A stretch of DNA of 64,000 bases from Terriglobia bacterium (GTDB lineage: Bacteria; Acidobacteriota; Polarisedimenticolia; Polarisedimenticolales; JAIQFR01). Made by a program: the position numbers and the translations under genes. The number at the start of each line of letters is the position of its first letter. Positions within the stretch are counted from its first letter, which is position 1. Below, in pieces: positions 9,000 to 17,986 of the stretch. The notes under the pieces are model-generated. The model did no database searches. It saw only the letters and a program-made list of their open reading frames with translations, and was not told the DNA's origin. The stretch covers positions 17,071-81,070 of the forward strand of contig JAIQFR010000009.1 in the NCBI GenBank assembly GCA_020073205.1, written 5' to 3'.

Positions 9000-11389
9000 A
9001 ACAGCAGAACCTGCTCGACGATGAGGTCGGACTTCCTGGGACGGACGGCGACCTTCTCGACGGCCGCTCGGTCGCCTCCCGCCGCGAGGGCCGCCACCTC
9101 CCCGTCGAACTCGGACTGGAGATCCAAGAGGCGCTGCCGGAGCGCCTCGACGCTCTCGCTCGCCCGCGCGACGTCCTGCCTCTCGCTCGCGACGCGGCCG
9201 GCGCCTCGGGCGGCGGTGGTCGCGCGACCGAGGGTTCCGGCGCTCAGGACCTTTCTGCCGAACAGGGCACCCAGCACGGTGGCGCCCACCGAGATCGCCG
9301 TCGCGACGGTCTGCTGCTGGACCTGCGCCCGCTCCCGCCTGACCCGCTCCTCGGACCGCCGGATCCGCTCCTCAAGCGCCGCGAGCCGCGGCGAGTAGGT
9401 CTTCCTCAGCCGATCGACGTCGCCGTCCCTCCGCGCGCGGTCCGCCTCCGCGACGCGGACGCGGAAGTCCCCCTCGCTCTCGCCGGGACTCGACACGAGC
9501 GTGAGCGCCGGACAGCGCAGGAGTTCCACCGAGCGACCGCGGTAGAGCGACTCGGCGAGCTTCTTGCTCCAGGCGGCGTAGCTCCTGGGCTTCGCCGCCT
9601 CGGCAGGGATCGACGCGAACGAAGCGCCCGAGGGCGGCTCCTCGAGCACGTCGAGAGATCGTCGGGCCGAAGCCTCCGCGCCCTCCCACGGGTCGGGCGG
9701 GACCTCGCCCCCGAGACGCGCCACCACCGCCACGTCCTCCCAGAGGTCGATCCCGGCCTTCGCGTCCACGTAGTGCACCTTGGCCGTGCCGAGGAGGCCC
9801 GGTCGGTAGACGACCGGCTCCCCACGCGGCGCGAGGAACCTCTCCGGCACGTCGTGGAGAAGCAGCGGGCGCTCGCTGCCGGAGAGCGCCGCGGCCGCGG
9901 GCGCGAGCGAGCGGGACACCTCGGAGACGGCGGTACCGCCGGTGACCGCCGCCGCAGTGACGGGTGCGGCGCTGTCCTTCCGGGGCGCCATCAGCGTCTG
10001 GATCTGCGCCCTCGACAGCGGTCCGGCGAGGTACGAGAGCGTGAATCGGCTCTCGAACAGCACCGGCGCGTCCTCGTGAACGTCGCTCATCAGGAATACG
10101 CGGTTGCCGAGGCCCGAGAGCATCCGGTCGATCCGTGCGCGGTCGAATCCCCTCCCCGACGCCGCGGACGCTCCTTCGAGCCCGTCGAGCACTCGCAATT
10201 TGTCCCGCTCGGTCTGGAGCCGACCCAGGAACCACGTCCCGGCGTTCCCGAGCCCCTTGTAGTCCAAATCGACCGGGTTCTGTGTGGCGAGCACCACCCC
10301 GAGGCCGTACGCGCGGGCCTGCTTCAAGAGCGTGAGCATCGGGGTCTTGCTCGGAGGGTTCGCCGTCGGAGGAAAGTACCCGAACACCTCGTCCATGTAG
10401 AGGATCGCGCGCAGCGACGTGGTTCCCGGGCGGGACCGCATCCACGCGATCACCTCGCCGAGGAGCAGCGTGACGAAGAACATCCGCTCCGTATCCGAGA
10501 GGTGGGCGATGGAGAGGACCGCGAGGCGAGGCTTCCCGCCGGGAGTGTAAAGCAGCCGTCCGACGTCGAGCGGCTCCCCTTCCATCCACGACGCGAACCG
10601 CGGGGACGCCAGAAGGTTGTTGAACGCCATCGCGAGCGCCTGGCGCTCCTTCGCAGGGAAGAACGACTCGAGATCCACGACGCCCACGCGCTCGAGCGGC
10701 GGCGACTGGATCTGCCGCACCAGGTCGCCGATCCCGAGGTCCTTTCCCTCCCGCCAGGCACGGTCGAGGACGTTCGAGACCAGGATGTGCTCGCGGCTCC
10801 TGATCGGGTCCGCCTCGACGCCGACCAGCGAGAGGAGCCCGGACACCGTCGCCGTGATCCGCTCGCTCGCCGCGTCCTCGTCGAGCGCCGCGGGAGGCGG
10901 CGGGGGGCCGAGCGAGCGGAGCACCGAGAGCGGGATCCCCGCCGAGGAGCCGGGCGTGTAGATCGCCGCGTCGACGGCATCGCGGAAGCGCGCGATGCGC
11001 GCGGGGGCCTGGCCCCAGTCCGCGAGCCCCTTCCGCCATCTCTCGGCGGTGCTCGACGCGAGATCTCCGGGGGAGATCCCCTGCCGCGACGCTTCCTCCG
11101 CGTCGATCCATGGCAGGAAGTCGGCGGGGGCGAGGCCGGGGAACGTCAGGAGGAGGTTGCCGAGGTCCCCCTTCGGATCGATGGCGATGGCTGGGATTCC
11201 GTCGATCGCCGCCTCCTCGAGCAGCGCCAGGCCGAGCCCGGTCTTTCCGCTCCCGGTCATGCCGACGCAGACCGCGTGCGTCAGGAGATCGCGCGAGTCG
11301 TAGAGGAGCAAATCGTCCTTGCGCCGCCCCGCGGCGGGGTCGTAGACGCGGCCGAGATAGAAGACGCCGAGCTTCTCGTAATCCTGCAT
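8987..11389 (-). CDS. HerA/FtsK-like (DUF87/DUF853-type) P-loop ATPase, 800 aa, with a C-terminal coiled-coil/hydrophobic tail
   Basis: Walker A is [12 protein letters not shown], followed by IAIDPKGDL. Walker B is [11 protein letters not shown], followed by [35 protein letters not shown] at 11389 ([14 protein letters not shown]) is preferred to the track start at 11509. The 3' end overlaps the nth start by 13 nt. Confidence 0.75.
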   Translation of the reverse strand: MQDYEKLGVFYLGRVYDPAAGRRKDDLLLYDSRDLLTHAVCVGMTGSGKTGLGLALLEEAAIDGIPAIAIDPKGDLGNLLLTFPGLAPADFLPWIDAEEASRQGISPGDLASSTAERWRKGLADWGQAPARIARFRDAVDAAIYTPGSSAGIPLSVLRSLGPPPPPAALDEDAASERITATVSGLLSLVGVEADPIRSREHILVSNVLDRAWREGKDLGIGDLVRQIQSPPLERVGVVDLESFFPAKERQALAMAFNNLLASPRFASWMEGEPLDVGRLLYTPGGKPRLAVLSIAHLSDTERMFFVTLLLGEVIAWMRSRPGTTSLRAILYMDEVFGYFPPTANPPSKTPMLTLLKQARAYGLGVVLATQNPVDLDYKGLGNAGTWFLGRLQTERDKLRVLDGLEGASAASGRGFDRARIDRMLSGLGNRVFLMSDVHEDAPVLFESRFTLSYLAGPLSRAQIQTLMAPRKDSAAPVTAAAVTGGTAVSEVSRSLAPAAAALSGSERPLLLHDVPERFLAPRGEPVVYRPGLLGTAKVHYVDAKAGIDLWEDVAVVARLGGEVPPDPWEGAEASARRSLDVLEEPPSGASFASIPAEAAKPRSYAAWSKKLAESLYRGRSVELLRCPALTLVSSPGESEGDFRVRVAEADRARRDGDVDRLRKTYSPRLAALEERIRRSEERVRRERAQVQQQTVATAISVGATVLGALFGRKVLSAGTLGRATTAARGAGRVASERQDVARASESVEALRQRLLDLQSEFDGEVAALAAGGDRAAVEKVAVRPRKSDLIVEQVLLLWLP

Positions 11390-11459
11390 GGCGCGCTCCG
11401 TTCGCGAGGGCCGACATTCTAACCCCGCACCTGAGGTCCGGCCCCGGCTCGCGCGTAGC

Positions 11460-11489
11460 TTGAACTCCCTCGGGCACCGGGGCGAGAAT
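11460..11489 (+). promoter_or_regulatory. Candidate promoter TTGAAC-N18-GAGAAT immediately upstream of the MgtA-type gene
   Basis: TTGAAC at 11460-11465 and GAGAAT at 11484-11489. The ATG at 11498 is only 8 nt downstream, so the transcript may be leaderless. Confidence 0.3.
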
Positions 11490-11497
11490 GAGCTTGG

Positions 11498-14038
11498 ATG
11501 GAGCCGCAACTTCCACCTTTCTGGAGCGTACCCGCCGCGGAGGTCCTGAGACGGTTCGAGACCGCCCCAGGCGGCCTCTCCGCGGCCGAGGCCGCCGACC
11601 GCGCGAAGCGCTGCGCGGGCCGCCGCTTATCGCCCAAGAAGCGCACGGACGCCTTGACGCTCCTCCTATCGCAGTTCTCGAGCCCCATCGTGCTCATGCT
11701 CCTCGGCGCCACCGTGATCTCGGTCTTCCTGCGCGATAACACCGACGCCGCGATCATCCTCGTCATCGTGGCGGCCAGCGGCCTGTTGGGGTTCTGGCAG
11801 GAGCGGGGGGCGGCGGGAGCCGTGGAGAAGCTCCTCTCGCTCGTCGAAGTCAAGACCCGCGTGCTGCGGGATGGCGCGCCGCACGACGTTCCCCTGACCG
11901 ACGTCGTGCCCGGCGACGTCGTGCTCCTCTCGGCCGGCGCCACGGCCCCGGGCGACTGCCTGCTCCTCGAGGCGCGAGACCTCTTCGCGGACGAGGCCAC
12001 CCTCACCGGCGAGACGTTCCCGGTCGAGAAGTCCGTCTCGGTCCTGGACGCCGGTACGCCGCTCGCCAAGCGGACGAACGCCGTCTTCATGGGCACCCAC
12101 ATGGTTTCCGGCACGGCCACGGCGGTGGTGGTGGCGACCGGAAGGGATACGGAGTTCGGCGCCGTCTCGGAACGCCTCAAGCTGCGCGCTCCCGAGACCG
12201 ACTTCGAGCGCGGGGTGCGGCGCTTCGGCTATCTGCTCCTGGAGGTGACCCTGCTGCTGGTGATCGGCATCTTCGCCTTCAACGTCTACCTCCACCGCCC
12301 CGTTCTCGATTCCTTCCTGTTCTCGATGGCGCTGGCCGTGGGCCTGACCCCGCAGCTCCTTCCGGCGATCGTCAGCATCAACCTCGCTCACGGCGCGCGC
12401 CGCATGGCCGAGCAGAAGGTCATCGTCAAGCGCCTGGCTTCGATCGAGAACTTCGGTAGCATGAACGTGCTGTGCACGGATAAGACCGGCACCATCACTG
12501 AGGGGGCCGTCACGCTCCAGTCCGCCAACGACCTGGACGGACAGGCGAGCGATCGGGCGCTGCTCTACGCCTACCTGAACGCCTCCTTCGAGACGGGCTT
12601 CCCGAGCCCCATCGATGCCGCGATCCGCAATCACGGCAGCATCGACATCTCGGGCTGGAAGAAGCTGGACGAAGTCCCCTACGACTTCCTCCGCAAGCGC
12701 CTCTCCATCCTCGCGGCCGGCCCCGAAGGCCACCTGATGATCACCAAGGGGGCCCTGGCCCAGATACTGGAGGTGTGCACCACCGCCGAGACCGCGGCGG
12801 GAGCCCCGATACCGCTGGAGAGCGTGCGGGAACAGATCGAGGCGCAGTACGTCCGGTACAGCGGCGATGGCCAGCGCACCCTCGGCATCGCCTGCAGGCG
12901 GCCAGGCACTGAAGCCAGGATCGGCAAGGAGAGCGAAGCCGGCATGAGCTTCGTCGGCTTCATCCTGTTCTCCGACCCACCCAAGCCCGGCATCGAGGCG
13001 ACCGTCGGCCGGCTGCGCGAGCTCGGCGTCGATCTCAAGGTCATCACGGGGGACAACGCACTCGTGGCCGCCACCGTGGCGCGCGCGATCGGGCTCGGTG
13101 GCGCCCGGGTGCTTTCGGGACATGGGCTGAGGCGGATGAGTGACGGGGCGCTCCTCGCCCGGGTCGGCCAGGTGGACGTCTTCGCCGAGGTGGAGCCCAA
13201 CCAGAAGGAGCGCATCATCCTGGCCTTGCGCAAGGCGGGCAACGTGGTCGGCTACATCGGCGACGGGATCAACGACGCCTCGGCGCTGCACGCCGCGGAC
13301 GTGGGCCTGTCGGTCGAAAGCGCCGTGGACGTCGCCAAGGAGGTCGCCGACATCGTGCTGCTGGAAAAGGACCTGAACGTGCTGATCGCGGGCGTACGGG
13401 AGGGGCGGACCACCTTCGCCAACACGCTGAAGTACGTGTTGATGGCCACGAGCGCCAACTTCGGCAACATGTTCAGCATGGCCGGCGCCTCGCTGCTGCT
13501 GCCTTTCCTCCCGCTCCTGCCCAAGCAGATCCTGCTCACCAACCTGCTCACCGACATGCCGGAGATGACCATCGCCAGCGATCGCGTCGACGCCGAGATG
13601 CTGGCCAGGCCCCGCCGTTGGGACATCGGCTTCATCCGCTCCTTCATGCTGACCTTCGGCGTGCTGAGCTCGGTCTTCGACTACCTGACCTTCGGCGCGC
13701 TCCTGTATTTTCTCCGCGCCGGCACCGATCAGTTCCGCACCGGCTGGTTCGTCGAGTCGGTGCTCTCCGCATCCCTCATCGTCTTGGTGGTCCGCAGCCG
13801 CCGCCCCTTCTTTCGCAGCCGACCGGGGAGGCGCCTGCTGCTGGCGACCCTGGGCGTGGCGGCGGTCACGCTGGTGCTGCCTTTCCTCCCCTTCGCGCCC
13901 GCCCTGGGGTTGACGCGGCTGCCCGCGTCCTTCCTGGCTCTGCTCGCTCTCATCGTCGCGATGTACATCGTCTCCGGGGAGCTCGCGAAGCGCTTCTTCT
14001 ACCGCCATTTCGAACCGGCGCCTGCCGGCCGCCCGTGA
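11498..14038 (+). CDS. mgtA: P-type ATPase, MgtA-like (Mg2+-importing, type IIIB)
   Basis: It carries the DKTGTITEG phosphorylation motif, TGDN and GDGINDASAL. The N-terminal region and 846-aa length are MgtA-like. Confidence 0.8.
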   Translation: MEPQLPPFWSVPAAEVLRRFETAPGGLSAAEAADRAKRCAGRRLSPKKRTDALTLLLSQFSSPIVLMLLGATVISVFLRDNTDAAIILVIVAASGLLGFWQERGAAGAVEKLLSLVEVKTRVLRDGAPHDVPLTDVVPGDVVLLSAGATAPGDCLLLEARDLFADEATLTGETFPVEKSVSVLDAGTPLAKRTNAVFMGTHMVSGTATAVVVATGRDTEFGAVSERLKLRAPETDFERGVRRFGYLLLEVTLLLVIGIFAFNVYLHRPVLDSFLFSMALAVGLTPQLLPAIVSINLAHGARRMAEQKVIVKRLASIENFGSMNVLCTDKTGTITEGAVTLQSANDLDGQASDRALLYAYLNASFETGFPSPIDAAIRNHGSIDISGWKKLDEVPYDFLRKRLSILAAGPEGHLMITKGALAQILEVCTTAETAAGAPIPLESVREQIEAQYVRYSGDGQRTLGIACRRPGTEARIGKESEAGMSFVGFILFSDPPKPGIEATVGRLRELGVDLKVITGDNALVAATVARAIGLGGARVLSGHGLRRMSDGALLARVGQVDVFAEVEPNQKERIILALRKAGNVVGYIGDGINDASALHAADVGLSVESAVDVAKEVADIVLLEKDLNVLIAGVREGRTTFANTLKYVLMATSANFGNMFSMAGASLLLPFLPLLPKQILLTNLLTDMPEMTIASDRVDAEMLARPRRWDIGFIRSFMLTFGVLSSVFDYLTFGALLYFLRAGTDQFRTGWFVESVLSASLIVLVVRSRRPFFRSRPGRRLLLATLGVAAVTLVLPFLPFAPALGLTRLPASFLALLALIVAMYIVSGELAKRFFYRHFEPAPAGRP

Positions 14039-14074
14039 CGAGGTTTCTCGAGAGCCGGCTCATCGAAGGTCGAC

Positions 14075-15634
14075 ATGTGGGTCGTCGGCGCCGTATGCGC
14101 GCTCGCTGCCATGGGCGCGGGCACGGAGGAGGTGGCGCTCGGAACGCCGATCGTGGCAGTGCGCGTCGAGCGCCACGATGTCTACGATCTCGACGACCCG
14201 GCCACGTCCAGGTGGCCCTACCGCTGGGTCGACGCCTTGCACATCCTGACCCGCGAGAACTTCATTCGCTCCTTGCTGGTCGTCCACGTCGGCGACCCTC
14301 TCGATCCGACGCGCCTCGCCGAGAGCGAGCTGATCCTGAGAAGCACGGGCTTCCTCAACCCGGTGCACATCTCGGCGCACCCGGTCCCCGGTGGAGCCGA
14401 AGTGTTGGTGGAGACCCACGACCAGTGGACGACCGGCGTCGGCATCGACGTCGGCATCTCCGGGAACGGCGGGCATTCCAGCGCGAGCATCTCGGAGGAC
14501 AACCTCTTCGGCCTGGGCAAGAGCATCCTTCTCGAGTTCGGCTCCGACCCCGAGCGCACGACCACGACCTTCCGTTACAGGGACCTCACCTTCCTGAGCA
14601 CCCGCTGGCAGCTCGAGCTCGAGCACAAGAAGTCCTCCGACGGGTCCACGGACTTCTTTCAACTCCAGTATCCGTTCTTCGCCATTCTGACGCCGCGGGC
14701 CGGCGGCGCCGCGTGGCGGCGCGAGGGGCTGCAGGAGTACCTCTGGTCGGGCGGCGAGCGGCGTGTGGTGGGCCAGGTCGACACCCGCAGCTTCGACGTG
14801 TGGGGTGGGCTGCGGCTGCCGGGCGACGGCATCCTCACGGACCGCCTCACCCTCGGAGTGTTCGGCGAGAGAGCCCTCTTCCACGACTGGCAACGCCTCG
14901 ACGGCTCCCCGTATCCCCAGCCGCAAGACCGCGACCTCCGGGGCATCGAGGTGGGCTGGGAGCACCAGATCTTCAACTGGAGAGTGGTGCAGGGGTTCCG
15001 AGCGTGGCTGCGGCAGGAGGACCTGCCGCTGGGGCCCAACTGGCAGGTGACGGCCGGCCCTTCGCTTCCGGCGTTCGGCGCTGACCGGGCCCGCTTGCGC
15101 TATCGAGGCTCGCTCACCGTGGGACAGATGACGGGTCGGACGTATTCCTGGCTGGTGGGCAGCCTCTCGGGTCGGCTGGAGCGGGGCGCCTTCGCCAACG
15201 GCGTCACCCACCTCGAGCTGGGGGGCGCGCTCACCGGAACAGCGGGCTGGCGGATGCGTTTGGCGGCCGATATCGGCCACAAGCTCGATGGCGAGCAGCA
15301 GCTCACGCTGGGGGCCGATTCCGGCCTTCGCGGCTACGACCCCAGGACCTTCGACGGCACGTCGAGGATGGTGACCAATCTGGAGTGGCGTCGCCGCATC
15401 ACCGGCGAGCTCCTCCACGTGGCGGCCCTGGGGTTCACGGTATTCGCCGACGGCGGCAGGACGTGGAAGCCACGGATCGGGCCGCCCACCGACGGGTGGC
15501 GTGGCAACGTGGGCTGCGGGCTTCTCGCGGAGGTCACCCGCGCCTCCGTGGTGCGCATCCTCCGCTTGGAGGTTGCGCTCCCGGATCGCGGCAAGGGCCC
15601 GGTGTTCCAGATCACCACCGAATCGCTGTTCTGA
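14075..15634 (+). CDS. Omp85/BamA-TamA family outer-membrane protein (POTRA plus surface-antigen barrel)
   Basis: The N-terminal segment is POTRA-like (VRVERHDVYDL..ILTRENFIRSLLVVHVGDPLDPTRLAESELILRSTGFLNPV). The C-terminal barrel is D15-like (LGADSGLRGYDPRTFDG...FTVFADGGRTW). Confidence 0.7.
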   Translation: MWVVGAVCALAAMGAGTEEVALGTPIVAVRVERHDVYDLDDPATSRWPYRWVDALHILTRENFIRSLLVVHVGDPLDPTRLAESELILRSTGFLNPVHISAHPVPGGAEVLVETHDQWTTGVGIDVGISGNGGHSSASISEDNLFGLGKSILLEFGSDPERTTTTFRYRDLTFLSTRWQLELEHKKSSDGSTDFFQLQYPFFAILTPRAGGAAWRREGLQEYLWSGGERRVVGQVDTRSFDVWGGLRLPGDGILTDRLTLGVFGERALFHDWQRLDGSPYPQPQDRDLRGIEVGWEHQIFNWRVVQGFRAWLRQEDLPLGPNWQVTAGPSLPAFGADRARLRYRGSLTVGQMTGRTYSWLVGSLSGRLERGAFANGVTHLELGGALTGTAGWRMRLAADIGHKLDGEQQLTLGADSGLRGYDPRTFDGTSRMVTNLEWRRRITGELLHVAALGFTVFADGGRTWKPRIGPPTDGWRGNVGCGLLAEVTRASVVRILRLEVALPDRGKGPVFQITTESLF

Positions 15635-15760
15635 GTTCCGCCTCACCCACACGCTCGAGGGAGCCGGTCCACTCCGAGCTTCCTACCGCCAGGATCGAGC
15701 GGCTTGTCATCTCCCGGGCCACGGGTCGAGAATGAGACCGTGGAACTCGTGAGGCCCGGA

Positions 15761-16093
15761 ATGACGCGAAAAGGCAGATTCCATCGGCGGCTCGCCGCGG
15801 CCACCCTGACCTGCTCGATCGTCGTCCTGCTCCCCGCATCCCGGGGGGCGGACCCGTCGCCCGACCGCGAGCTGATCGAGCTGGATCGCGAGACCGCTCT
15901 CGCCGCCGGCGGCGCCGACGGCTCGCTGGGCGTCACCGTCGGCGAAGCCGAGATCCGTGACAAGGACCCGTCCGGAAAGGAGGTCGTCGATTACACCTCG
16001 TATCTGACGGGGTGGCGCCGGATGGCGGACGGCACGCTCCGCTTCTTCGTGGACGCCGGAGGGCTCCGCCGCGTCCCGCCTCCCGCGAAATGA
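15761..16093 (+). CDS. Hypothetical secreted protein
   Basis: ATG at 15761 is preceded by GAGG. The N-terminus is signal-like (MTRKGRFHRRLAAATLTCSIVVLLPASRGA). Its stop overlaps the next start (ATGA at 16090-16093). Confidence 0.5.
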   Translation: MTRKGRFHRRLAAATLTCSIVVLLPASRGADPSPDRELIELDRETALAAGGADGSLGVTVGEAEIRDKDPSGKEVVDYTSYLTGWRRMADGTLRFFVDAGGLRRVPPPAK

Positions 16094-17952
16094 GGCTCGG
16101 CGGACGGACGAGAACCTTCGCGGATCCCGTCGCCCGGCGGCGCCCATCCGCCGCCGCCCGCGCTGCGATCTCGGCCGCGCTCGTGGCCGTCACGCTCGCC
16201 GCGTTTGAGGGAGTGCTCTCGAGCGGTTTCATCAACTACGACGACAACCTCTACGTCACGGATAACGTGCACGTCCGGGAGGGACTCGACGGACGCTCCG
16301 TCGCCTGGGCCCTCACCGCCACCGACTGCGCCAACTGGCACCCGCTCACCTGGCTCTCCCACCTGCTCGACGTGCGGCTCTTCGGTCTCGACGCCGGAAA
16401 GCACCACCGGACCAGCCTGCTGCTCCACGCGGCGAACGCCGCCTTGCTCTTCCTGCTCCTCTCCCGCATGACGGGCGCGCTCTGGCGGCCCGCATTCGCC
16501 GCCTGCCTCTTCGCCATTCACCCGCTGCACGTGGAATCGGTCGCCTGGATCGCGGAGAGGAAGGACGTCCTGAGCACGCTGTTCTGGCTCCTGACGCTCG
16601 CCGCCTGGCTCTCGTACCTGGAGTCGAGGACCGTCGTCCGGCAGGTCCTCGTGCTCGGGCTCTACGCTTTCGCGCTGATGGCGAAGCCGATGCCGGTGAC
16701 GCTGCCGTTCACGCTGCTGCTGCTCGACGTCTGGCCGCTCTGCCGGATGACGCTTCCGGTCCGGTGGTCGTCCGGCCCGCTCGCCGGCCTGTTGCGGGAG
16801 AAGGCGCCCCTGTTCGCCTTGTCGGCGGCGTCCTGCGTCGTGACCTTCGTCGCCCAACGCGGCGGCGGAGCCGTGAAGACCCTCCTGGACTTTACCTTCG
16901 TCGAGCGTCTCGCGAACGGGGTGGTGGCCTACGCCTCCTACCTCGGGAAAGCGGTTTGGCCGGCGACGCTGGCGATCCTCTACCCCTACCGGCACCTCGG
17001 GCTCCTCACGTGGGAGGTGGCGGGGTCGGCGCTCCTTCTCGCGGGCGTCACGGCGATGGCGCTCCGGTTGGCGTCGCGCGCCCCCTACCTCGCCGTCGGT
17101 TGGCTCTGGTACCTCGGCACGCTGGTCCCCGTCATCGGGCTGGTCCAGGTCGGAGGACAGGCGATGGCGGATCGCTACACCTATGTGCCGTTCGTCGGCC
17201 TCTTCGTCGCGATCGCATGGGGTCTCGGCGAGCTCGCGAGGGGGAGCCGTCTCTCCCGGGGTGCCGCCGCCTGCGCGGCCTTGGCCGCCGTCCTGCCGCT
17301 GGGCCTGGTGACGCGGACCCAGGTCGGGTACTGGGCGGACGCCGTGGCGCTCTACGAGCACGCCCTGGCGGTCACCTCGGACAATTGGCTGGTGCACAAC
17401 AATCTGGGCCTCGTCCTGTTCAAGAGGGGCAGGACCATGGAAGCCATCGCCCACTACGAGGAAGCGTTGCGGATCTGGCCGGATTACGCCGAGGCCCACT
17501 TCAATCTGGGGATCGCGTTGGGAAAGGAAGGGCGTCGCCTCGAGGCGATCGAGGAGTACGAGCAGGCGCTGCGGAAGCGCCCGGACCTCGCGGACGCACA
17601 CTACAACCTGGGCAACGAGCTGCTCGACGCCGGCCGGCCGGCCGAGGCGATCCGGCACTACGGCGACGCGCTACGCCTCAAGCCGGACGACGGCGAAGCC
17701 CGCAACAACCTGGGGAACGCCCTGGCCCGTCTCGGGAGGCTCGAGGAGGCCGTCGAGCAGTATCGCGAGGCGCTCCGGCTGAGCCCGGGACTCGCCAAGG
17801 CCCACGTGAATCTGGGCCTCGCCTTTCTCCGGCTGGGGCGGATCCCTGAGGCGATCGGACGGTTCCAAGAGGCGCTGCGGATCCAGCCGGACTTCGAAGA
17901 GGCTCGCGCCGATCTCCGTCTGGCCCAGGAGCGCGCCCGCCAGCGCCCGTGA
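16090..17952 (+). CDS. TPR-repeat protein with an N-terminal polytopic GT-C (TMTC/PMT_2/DUF1736-like) membrane domain
   Basis: INYDDNLYVTDNVHV..NWHPLTWLSHLLD..HPLHVESVAWIAERKDVLS are hallmark TMTC-type motifs. The C-terminal part contains about 7 TPR units (AHxNLGxAL..GRxxEAIxxYxxALRxxPD). Confidence 0.8.
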   Translation: MRLGGRTRTFADPVARRRPSAAARAAISAALVAVTLAAFEGVLSSGFINYDDNLYVTDNVHVREGLDGRSVAWALTATDCANWHPLTWLSHLLDVRLFGLDAGKHHRTSLLLHAANAALLFLLLSRMTGALWRPAFAACLFAIHPLHVESVAWIAERKDVLSTLFWLLTLAAWLSYLESRTVVRQVLVLGLYAFALMAKPMPVTLPFTLLLLDVWPLCRMTLPVRWSSGPLAGLLREKAPLFALSAASCVVTFVAQRGGGAVKTLLDFTFVERLANGVVAYASYLGKAVWPATLAILYPYRHLGLLTWEVAGSALLLAGVTAMALRLASRAPYLAVGWLWYLGTLVPVIGLVQVGGQAMADRYTYVPFVGLFVAIAWGLGELARGSRLSRGAAACAALAAVLPLGLVTRTQVGYWADAVALYEHALAVTSDNWLVHNNLGLVLFKRGRTMEAIAHYEEALRIWPDYAEAHFNLGIALGKEGRRLEAIEEYEQALRKRPDLADAHYNLGNELLDAGRPAEAIRHYGDALRLKPDDGEARNNLGNALARLGRLEEAVEQYREALRLSPGLAKAHVNLGLAFLRLGRIPEAIGRFQEALRIQPDFEEARADLRLAQERARQRP

Positions 17953-17986
17953 TCTCACGCGGGGCGACGCCGGCGCGCCGCGCGAT

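Noticed and set aside
11390-11497. Mg2+ riboswitch or leader upstream of the MgtA-type gene
   Set aside because: The intergenic region is only 108 nt and is shared with a divergent gene, which is too short for an M-box. I could not see the conserved M-box helices.
17953-17986. Terminator hairpin between the convergent TMTC-like genes
   Set aside because: Only short imperfect GC pairings (CGCGG...CCGCG) can be drawn, with no convincing stem or U tract.
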